A stretch of DNA of 55,592 nucleotides, counting the filler, from Jimgerdemannia flammicorona (Eukaryota), in the NCBI GenBank assembly GCA_003990765.1. It is 3 parts of 3 records of this genome, joined end to end, with 100 filler letters (N's around TTAATTAATTAA, not from the genome) between each part and the next. Parts side by side here need not be neighbours in the genome. Positions count along the whole stretch, not along the records: positions 18,571 to 37,038 come from RBNJ01002207.1; 2 more parts are not named here. The stretch is one strand, 5' to 3'. The position numbers were made by a program, and so were the translations under genes. A model generated the notes under the pieces. The model was not told where the DNA came from and ran no database searches. It was given only the letters and a program-made list of their open reading frames with translations. Of this stretch, positions 25,801 through 35,199 are shown in pieces. The number at the start of each line of letters is the position of its first letter. Position 1 is the stretch's first letter.

Positions 25801-28800
25801 AGTTCTTGGGTTCTCCTTTGGATGGTCGGATGGAGATGGCGAAGAGAGGGCATTTCTTGGCCAATTTCTTGAGTTGTAGCTTGTTGATGTAGGTGATCTT
25901 TGGTCTAGGGTCACTAGAGTTGAGTGAGTCCTTTTCGCCTTGTAGTTTGAAGTTGTGGCATCCTTTCTTGATGATCAGAGAATAGTTTACCCAATCAATC
26001 AAGGGGTTCTCTTGTTTTAACCATAGAGTCCCAAGGATGATTTCATTGTCAGGAAGTGGTATGATTTGGAGGGTAACATGTACTCGGTAGTCGCCAATTC
26101 GGAAGGGTAGATTGCGGACTTCTTTGCTGATGACATGTGAGGTTCCATCAGCTGTGGCAACTGCCTGGGTTTGTTGTACTAGAGAGGTGAAAACCTTGAG
26201 TCTGTTGGCTGTTTCCTCATTGATGAAGTTGCCTGAGGCACTACTGTTTATCATAATCTTGACAGGTGCTCCATTGACAAAAGCCTTAAGGGTGAGCAGT
26301 TTGTCTGATCCAATGGTGGTGATTTCAGTTGTAGGAGCCTTTCTTCTATTGGTTCTTCTTTGAGCCAGTTCGTTGACACAAGAGAAGCAATTATCAATCA
26401 TTTGAGAAGAGTACATTCCAATACCATGAGAGCATCGGCCACTTGATACATATCCATCTTTGATCTTCTTGTAGAATTGTTCTTCTTTGCTCATGGTAGG
26501 TTGGGCTGGAGCTTTGTTTGATGAGCCAAATCCTTTGGATCCTCGGATGGTGGGCAGTAGTTCGGGGACTTCCTTGACTGTCAGGGTTGACTCAATTTTT
26601 TCGAATAGGATCTGGGCAATACAGAAACCGATAGGGATCTTGAAGGGTATCCAACTGTGGTTTCGGATGAGGACAATAATTTCGCCTGTGTAATCCTTGT
26701 CAATGACTCCTCCTTCTACTGAGAGTCCTTTCAACACTAGGCTGCTGCAACAGCATATTCTTCCAACATATCCTTCAGGAATTTGGATACTGATTCCTGT
26801 ATAGACTTGCTTGACTTCTCGGTTTGAAACTGTAGCTTCTTTGGCTGCATATAGGTCATATCCAGCTGCTTTTTGACTTCCTTTGGTTGGAGCCTTGGCA
26901 GTTTGCCTTAACTTGACAAAGTCTAGTGTTCTGGTGGTCAGGTTGTTGAGGTGGTGCAGAGTGGTGACAGTTGCTCATGTTGCTGTTTGGGGTTTTTGGT
27001 TAGGGCAGGCACTGGCCATATATCCTGTCTTTCGGCAATAGAAGCATGCTTCACTTCTTCGAAGTTCATTTCTTTCGCCTTCAGTAAGTTTCTTGAAGGT
27101 ACTTGGCTGGGTAGGTTCATGATTTCTGAGTGTCCAAGAGGTGGATGTGGAGGGAGCTCGAGATGTTTCATGCTTGGGTTCTTCTTTCTTGGTTCAAGTT
27201 TTTTCCTTGTTGTTAAATTACCTTTGGGGCAGAATTGGTCCGGCTGTTAGGATTCGCTTGACCATGGTCTTGATTCTTGCCAGGTACCATTGTTGGTAAT
27301 CACAACCAACTGGGTGGCCTTGTTCTCGGATTTTTCTAGTAAGCCATTCAGGCAGGGCATCAAATAAATGGTCTGCTCTTGTACCATTTCATGCTTCATC
27401 ATTGGCAATGTATCCTAAGCCAACAGTGTTCAGGAGTGACTCGAGTTTTATATAGAAGGTTTCAAATTCTTCTTTGCCATGTATATCAAATTTGAGGTTA
27501 TGGAGTTTTACTCGAGATTCAGCGATCATGGTTTCACTGTGGTATTGAGCAATCATGAGTTGTTTGAGTCCAGGGGCTGCAGGATGGGCTCTATATTCTA
27601 GGGCATTATTTGCTGCATTCTGAGCAACTACTGCAGGTCAGGTGTCCCATGTGAGGGGTTTTTCAGGAAGGGTTTACCACCATTCTTCGGCAGGTCCTTG
27701 GAAGAATGTAACAACTCAGTGGATATAGGCTGTAGTGATAGCAAAGAGTTGTTCTAGAGTGTGGTCTTGATTGTTTGTCAGAACGTGGTCAGCAACTCAC
27801 TCATTGGTCCATTGATTGGCTTCGAAGTTGGTGTCAACTATACTAATAAAGCTTTGGACCTCTTATGCAGTACCATTGAAGGTAGATAGGCTCAGATTTT
27901 TGGTAGGTCAGGTCTGTTCGGCTAAGGCAGTAATGGTTGCTGCCATTATAGCTACCTGGGCTGTGAGGTCTAGAATCTGTTGGTTTGCCATATTGTTTAC
28001 TGGAGGTAGTTGGACTACTGGTAGTAGTATTACTGGTACTACTTGAGATACTGGTGCAGAGTGTGAGGGTGTTCTTTGGGTCTGTGTAAGTTGCTGGAGT
28101 AGTATTTGTGGGTCTGGAGTAAGGGCTTGATAGATAACTGTTTGTTGTTGTGTAGGTGTGTTCTGGCCTGATGGAGGTGCATCTTCTTCGGTGGTGTATC
28201 TAGGATCGAATTCAGTGAGATACTCCTCCTCCTCTTCAGTTTGGTCCCCATGTAATTGGGTTTGCTCAGCGTCAAAGTAGATGGAATCAGTTGTATATCT
28301 GATTTCAGATGGACTTAATTCAAAGTCAAGTTCTGGTTCAGTATTGGTTTCAGATTCAGGTAGGGCCATAGCAGGGCCAGCTTCAGGTTCGGGGTCAGGT
28401 AGTTGATGAAGGGTTTCTCTTGCTTCTTCCTTAAGAATATGGCGTGCCTTACTGTTCTGGAATCGGTAGTATAAGGCAGTCTTGGTCCTGGTGTGGTGAA
28501 AGTCGGTAGAGTTGAGCCACTTGGCTACAGAGACTTGGGCTTCATGAGGAACTAAGGCTAGAAAGACTGCTGCTAGTTGTCCTAGGTCGCTCGGATTTGT
28601 GGAGCTGACAAAACTCTTGTTGAGAAGAGTAAAGACGGCTTCTATAAGACCTTCTTCATCTTGACTTGCTGGGTGTAGTGCAAGGAGTTCGGTGAATAGG
28701 GTTTCGCCTATTTGCTCGTTTAATCGGAGTACTTCTTTCTTTGAATGAAGTTTGTCCCACTTATTGCAGGTGTGGAGATCAAATTGTCCTTGTACGTTAG

Positions 28801-28846
28801 GTTCAATTCTCTCCAGATTGTCAGATGGTTCAGGATAAATTCCAGT
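22865..28846 (-). pseudogene. gag-pol: Gag-dUTPase-PR-RT-RNaseH-IN-chromodomain polyprotein of B (in-frame stops)
   Basis: Track ORFs 27908..28369, 25742..26737 (dUTPase + PR), 25385..25639 and 25118..25363 (RT, YIDD), 24161..24532, 23741..23932, and 22865..23611 (IN + chromodomain EYEVEQIL..YLVKWK..TWEP). Zinc knuckle CFYCRKTGYMASAC at ~27005-27050. Confidence 0.94.
26519..26926 (-). CDS. dut: dUTPase domain within the B polyprotein
   Basis: Trimeric dUTPase motifs AAGYDL, TGI, (R)SSL, GGVIDKDYTGEI, IAQI and RGSKGFGSS. Confidence 0.92.
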
Positions 28847-28937
28847 TCAGAGGTTGGGCTTTATACCAACTTGTAGGAATTCTCAGAAGGGTTTGTAGTA
28901 GGTGAGAAAGTGTCTTGAAGCAGAATTGGATTATAAA

Positions 28938-28949
28938 CCACTGCTACCA
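28938..28949 (-). promoter_or_regulatory. PBS TGGTAGCAGTGG of B
   Basis: Lies 3 nt from the 5' LTR end. Confidence 0.88.
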
Positions 28950-28952
28950 AGT

Positions 28953-31014
28953 TGTAAGAGGGTTGCTTTTTAGAGTAACCATTATGTAGTTCTGAAAGGG
29001 TTTTCTGGAAGTTCTGGATTTTCTGGAAGACCGTTTTCTTATGGTCAAGATCAATTTCATATGGAGTACGTCCTCTATGCTTATTAATTTCAAGATCAGG
29101 TTGATGTCTCAACCAAAGTCCTTTCTCGGACTAGTTCTGGATGTTTAGGATTTTCCATATTTCAGGAAGTTCAAGAAACTAAGGCCAGCTTAGTTGAATT
29201 GGTGTATCGCTGCAGACAATACCCAATTAGGAAATTTCGTAACAGGGTTAGGAGTGGGACCTAACAGGGAGCAGATTTACTTAAGAGTGGTTTGTAGATT
29301 ATTAAATAGGTTTATTCGCTATTCATGATATTGCTATACTAGGAGTAGTTGTGTGAAGGGATATTGTGGGGAAGTATTCAGGAATGTTCTTTTGTGTTCG
29401 AGTCTGAAATTCTGAGGTCTGGGGGAGGGGGTATTTATACTAGTGAGGGGCTATCTGGACTATACTAGATATGGATGTAGCACTAAGTGCCTTGCTAAGT
29501 TGGAATACAGTCATATAGTACAAGTGTGATCTGACATATCAAGAGATTGTCTGACTGCTGAGTCAGTTCACAGTCATGTCATACAATGCTAATCTAACTA
29601 TACTATGACTGCTAGGCTATTTATAGGTTTAGGTGCTGTCTGGGTAGTCTTCGATGACATTACTATCAATTGCATCATCTCTAATGAAGTAGTCATCTAG
29701 GAAAAGTGGTTCACAGATTACTTCTCCTTGTTCGCTGAGGTAGTAATACATTGGAACTTCATCTCCATCCCACAGGATAGCATCGTCTGTCTCGTATGCT
29801 GGATAAGGTGTTGGTGGACGAAGGATGGGTGTATTGTCTTCGCTTTCATCAGATTCACTGTCTGCGTACCTTCTATAGGTTACAGCACTATGAGTCACGG
29901 GGTTGTAGTAAGCTGGCGGCTGTGATTCATGTCACTCATACTCAGGTGGCGGAGTTGTTGGTTTGATTTTGAGAGTTATCTGAAGGTACAGGTTGTGTTC
30001 TCTGGTCTCTTCATTGTAGTTGAAATAATCAGGGGTGAACGCAGGTTGGTATTCATGCCAGTGGTCATTGTCCCAATAAGTCTCGTATGTAGTTATGAAC
30101 TGTTATAAGTTCATTGGTAAGGTTGGCGGAGTAATCAGGGTTGGCAGAGATCCTTGGCTAGAGGTCATGTCAGCATCGGAGGGGTCATTGTCTTCTGCTT
30201 CATCTTCATCGAAGTGGATTATATTGTAGATGTCTTTCATAGCATATCCAACTTGGGGCATTTGCAGGATGTGATCATTGGGGTATGGGAAGGTTCTGTC
30301 TGTGGTTTTGACGTACTCGAGGTACTTCTGGTTGAGTTCTTGTATCATGTCATCAATTTGACCGTAGGACAAGGTAGCAACCATTTCACTGATAGTAACT
30401 TGGAGGCGGGGAATAATGGTACTATACTCGTAGAAGAGTTCTTGATGTTTGCGGGCGATGAGCTTCTGGTGTTAAGACATCTGGGTAATATCTGTATCAT
30501 GGTGGTGTTTGACCATGTCTTCCAGGAGGTGGCTGATCTGGTAGTAGCTTGAGATTTGTCTGATTCAGTGGGCCTCACTAAGCATGTTCAGAGCATTTCA
30601 TCAGGCTTCCATGAAGTAGAGGGGTGCTAGGCTATGGATATTCATGAGGGGCAGAGGGGGTGTAGCTCGGTTGACAATAGCATTCCAAATGTCAGCACGG
30701 ATATAGTTGTAGATCTCAGTGGTCATGTTTGTGTGTTTGGAAGTTATGGTTGTTGTTTGTTTTGGTTCTCTTGATTCGATGCATCTCGGTGCTCAGTATA
30801 TATGCATTTAGTCCTGATTGGTAAGATTCCGTTTGTGTAAATCTTGTATTCTGTGACTTCATATTGACTCAGCTTTGTGTGCTGTGACTTTGGTTTGACT
30901 CAGCTTTGTGATCAAGTAGGTGATTTCCAGATTTGTTCAGGGTCACATGTGATTTCAGTGACTTATTCAGAGGGTGACGTATAATTTCGGTAGCTTGGGG
31001 GTTGTGCGCTTACA
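28953..31014 (-). repeat. 5' LTR of B (2062 bp)
   Basis: Intact TGTAAG...CTTACA inverted termini. Confidence 0.95.
29629..30726 (-). pseudogene. LTR-embedded accessory ORF, copy B5'
   Basis: 1098 bp; track ORFs 30103..30384 and 29629..29898 are in frame with the ATG at 30726. Confidence 0.82.
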
Positions 31015-34000
31015 CTTGACTTGTTTCTTTGGCAAAGATCATAGCTTTGGACATACTCCTTGATTTCCTTGAGCATGTTTGGCCAGTAGTAGTCTCATTG
31101 GATATTCTTGATGGTCTTCTCAGTTCCAAGATGGCCAGCTAGTGGGGAGTCATGATGTTCATGAAGAATCTTGTACCATAGTTCAGGGTTGGCAGGAATA
31201 TATACTTTGTCTTGATAGTACATGAGGTTGTCCTTGATGGTGTACTTTTCCTTGAATTCCTTGGTATTCCTTTATAGAACCAGAGGGTCTTGTTCATATG
31301 CCTTCTTGATCTGGTTGAGGAATTCAGGTGCCATGGTGACTTGTAAAATCACAGCAAGGTCAGGTCTTCTTGACAGTGCATCTGGTACAACTAGAGTTTT
31401 GCCAGGCTTGTAGATGATGTTTGGGGTAAAGGTCTGAAGTAATTGGCTCCACTTGGCTTGTTGGTGAGAAAGGGTTGGTTGAGTGCTGATGTACTGAAGG
31501 GACCTGTGATCAGTGATCACATCGAACTCAACTCCTTCTAGATAGTGTTGCCAGGTCTTGAGGGTATGCATAATTGCCAGGAGTTCCTTTTCATGAGTAG
31601 CCAGCTTTTGTTCTGCTGGGGACAGTTTTCTTGACTCAAAGGCAATAGGTCGGTGTCCTTGACCATCATCTTGAGAAATAACTGCACCAATGGCAAAGTT
31701 AGATGCATCTGTAGTGACCATGAACTTCAAGTTTGGGTCCATGTTTCTAAGGACAGGTGCATGGGTCAGGTGGTTCTTGAGTTCTTGAAAGGCTTGTTGA
31801 CAGAAAGCATCCCAGATATAGGGGACATAGAGGTCAGAGTTGGGTTCCTTTTGCAGGAGGTTTATCAAAGATTCTGTGATGCCAGAGAAGTTCTTAATAA
31901 ATCGACAGTAGTATCCAGCCAGACCAAGGAAGGATCTGAGTTCAGTGAGGTTTGCTGGTATAGGCCACTGTTCAATGGCTTGTATTTTCCTTGGGTCTAC
32001 TTGAATTCCTTTGGCTGATACAATGTGTCCAAGGTATTCAACTTGATCCTTGAAAAATTTACATTTCTTGAGCTTTGCATAGAGCTTGTTCTTGCAGAGG
32101 ATCTTGAGGACTTGTTCAATATGCTTGAGGTATTCTTCTTCAGTACTACTGAAGATAAGGATATCATCAATATATACCAGTATGAAGATATACAGCTGAT
32201 CCTTGAAGACAGTTTGCATGAGGTCTTGAAAGGTTGCTGGCACATTGATGAGACCAAAGGCCATGACTAGGAATTCATAGAGTCTAAAGGGTGTCATGAA
32301 GGCAGTCTTGGGTATGTCTTCTGGCTTGATTCGAATTTGGTGATACCCAGAGGTGAGATCAATCTTGGTGAAGTACTTTGCATTCTTGAGGGCATCAAAG
32401 ATTTGGTCTATGAGTGGTAGCAGATAATGGTTTTTGACTGTGATCTTGTTGAGTGCTCGGTAGTCTATACACATTCACAGAGTATCATCTTTTTTCTTGA
32501 CAAATAGGACTGGGGAGCCAAAGGGTGACTTGCTTGGCTGAATGGCTCCTCGCTCAATAAGTTCATTGAGTTCCTTCTTGACTGCTTCAATTTCGAGTGG
32601 AGATATGCAGTATATTTTCTTCTTAGGTATAGCTGTATCAGGTACCAACTTGATTTTGTGGTCATGGTCTCTTGAAGGTGGTAGACCAGGTAGTTTGTCT
32701 GGGAAGACATCCTTGTACTTGTTCAGCAGTAACTTGATGCTTTCACTAATTGATAGCTTCTTGTCTTCTTTCTTGGGTCAGATCAGTACTACAAAGGCAC
32801 AGGTAGCTTTCTTGAGGGCCTTCTTGAACTGAATTGCCAAAATAGTAGCAATTGGAGTTCTCGTCTGAGTCTTGTCTGGCTTGATGGTAATATTGGCTCC
32901 ATCCTGGATCAAGGTGACTTCATTCTTGATCCAATCTATCTGAGGGTTGTGCCATGTAAGCCAGGGTTTGCCTAGGATCAGGTCATGGTCTCCTAGAGGT
33001 GCTACCTCAAAATCTAAATGTTCCCAGTACTTCTGGATCTTGAGGGGAAGTTTAGTGGCAATTGAGTCAATTGGTAAGGTGGTGCCATCTGTGGTGACAA
33101 CTCCACCATTCTTGCCAGCTGGTTTGGTGAGAATCTTGAGCTTGTCGATGAGGTTCTTGTTGATGAAGTTCCCAACAGCTCCACTGTCTATGAGAACATC
33201 TAGTTCTTGTCCCTTGACTAGACCTTTGAAAATGAGTATTGAGTTGGCTCAGTTCTCGGCTATGCTTGCAACTTTGTCAGTGCTGCCAAAGCCTTTCTGA
33301 TCTTGTTTGGTTGAGAGCAGCTTGGTGACTTCTTTGATGACTGGTAGGGTGGCTCACTCCAGAATGAGCTGTGCAATTCTGTCTCCTTCATTGATGGTAT
33401 ATGGTTGGTTCTTGTAGTTGACTAGCAGGACTTGCATTTCGCCTCAGAAGTCAGGGTCAATGACTCCAGCACCAACATCCAATGAGTGCTTGAAACTGAG
33501 GCCAGATCTTGGTGCAATTCTTGCATAATGTTCCTTGGGAATTTCGACTGAAAGGCCAGTTGGAATGAACCTTCTCTCATATGCCAGAATAGTGACTTGC
33601 TGTACTGCTTGAAGGTCCAAACCAATGGCTCCTTCTGACTGTGCTTGAGGGATCTGGGCCTTGGAGTTGACTTGCATGAAATTGAGTACAACTTCTTGTT
33701 CAACTGGTTGACCTTGGGTGTCTTTGGACAGGACCAGAATCCTCTTTGGTTCAGCAGTTTTCTTGGGACATTTAGTTGCAATGTGGCCAGGCTGATGGCA
33801 AAAGAAGCAGGCTCCAGCCTTCTTGAGATGCTCCTTTTCCTCAGGTGTAAGCTTGCCTTTCTTGTTCTTGTCAATGGTGTCTAGGTCCATGGGGGCAGGT
33901 CCAACAGTTCTGACTTTGGGTTCCTCCCTTCTGTGGTGGTTGTTGTTGAAAGGTGGTCTCTTTTGTTCAAAGCAGTGACCATAGGTGATGACATCAAATC

Positions 34001-34727
34001 TATCAGCAATTTTCATTGCTGTATCTAGGTCCTTGGGTTCTTCTAGTTTGACACAAACTCGGGTTTGACCTTTCAGGCCTCAGATGTACTTGTCGACCTT
34101 CTCGTCTTCAGTGACATATGGTAATTCTAGTAGGATTGACAGGAATTGTGCATTGTATGCTTGCACAGACTTGAGTTGTTTGACGTTTGCCAGATGGTCT
34201 CGTGTGGCCTTGGTGCTGTTGACTGGTTTGAATTGGCCTTGAATAGCATCAGAGAATTCACCCCAGGTCTTGATTCGGCCAGAGAATCTGGTGTTCTGGA
34301 CATGATTTTGCCACCAGATTGTAGTATTCCCTTGAAGGAGTGTGGTAGCAAATTGGACTAGTGTTGCTTTTTCCAAATTGGTCAGTTCTCCATATTGCTC
34401 CAATTGGAAAAGCCAGGTGTCAGTAGACAGTCCTCCTCTTTGACGATCAAAGGTGTTGGGCTTCTGAGGCTTGATAGTGACTGCTGTCAGATGTATTGAT
34501 GTCAGTAGAGGTGCGGAGGTATGAGCAGGGGCCTTGCTTTCCTTTCTTTCTATGCATTCTTGAAGTTGAGCAATCTGAGCTAGTGCATTCTGCAAAAGAC
34601 TCTCGATGGCCCTGTTTGACTGAGTAGGGTTTTGCTATTCCTCTTCTTCTTGCTAATTGTACTGATTGTATGAGGTATTGCCTGGACCATAGGTACTATA
34701 TGAAGGATTCCACCCATTGTCCTCCAT
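31015..34727 (-). pseudogene. gag-pol: C gag-dUTPase-PR-RT-RNaseH and N-terminal integrase
   Basis: ORF 34080..34595 (retrotransposon Gag), ORF 33444..34016 (PMDLD, CFFCHQPGHIATKC, dUTPase), protease LIDSGA (~33190), and ORF 31272..32474 (RT YIDD, RNase H TDAS). Confidence 0.94.
33275..33690 (-). CDS. dut: dUTPase domain within the C polyprotein
   Basis: GAIGLDL, PTGL, IAPRSGL, GAGVIDPDF*GE, GDRIAQL and KGFGSTD. Confidence 0.92.
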
Positions 34728-34781
34728 AGTGTTGTAACTAATATCTTGAAAGGTGTCTTGATAAGGCTAGGTGTAACTTCA

Positions 34782-34793
34782 CCACTGCTACCA
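34782..34793 (-). promoter_or_regulatory. PBS TGGTAGCAGTGG of C
   Basis: Same 12-mer as B's PBS, 2 nt from the LTR. Confidence 0.88.
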
Positions 34794-34795
34794 AG

Positions 34796-35199
34796 TATAA
34801 TGGTTCTAGTTTCTAAATGAGGAAGCGACTAGTTCTGGTGGTCCTAAGTAGCTCAAAGAGATACTAAGGATTCAAGTGTTCTCGAAGGATTTCTGAGAGA
34901 AAATATTCTGAGACTTTATTCATAAGAACAAAGAGGATATTTATACAAGATCTGAAAGAAGGATCCGGAAGGATCTGAGAAATCAAAGGAAAATGCCAAG
35001 AGGAAAGTTCTTGGCAAAGATGACAAATGATGACAAATAAAGTTCTACAAGTTTCCAGGACATTCAGTGACTAACTAAATAAGTACTAGTTAATGCTCGG
35101 CACCAAGAAGGGGATTTCTAAGTGTGCGGAAAGTGCCGGAAGGTTATAGAATATTCAAAAAAGACAGAGAAAAGAAATAAACTATGCTAAAATGTTACA
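34796..35199 (-). repeat. 5' LTR of C
   Basis: Direct repeat of 18750-19153. Confidence 0.95.

Larger units (their letters stand above)
20607..31014 (-). mobile_element. Chromovirus B (full length, same family as A), inserted just after the HHCC zinc finger of C integrase
   Basis: LTRs at 20607-22659 and 28953-31014. 5-bp TSD CTTGA at 20602-20606 and 31015-31019. Removing B restores ..DLCQRNKSSNQAPAGLLQPLP.. in C. Confidence 0.97.
18750..35199 (-). mobile_element. Chromovirus C (full length, 404-bp LTRs, dUTPase-bearing), interrupted by element B
   Basis: LTRs at 18750-19153 and 34796-35199. 5-bp TSD AGAGG at 18745-18749 and 35200-35204. PBS at 34782-34793; PPT at 19154-19166 (AAGGAGGGGGAGA on minus). 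Confidence 0.96.
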
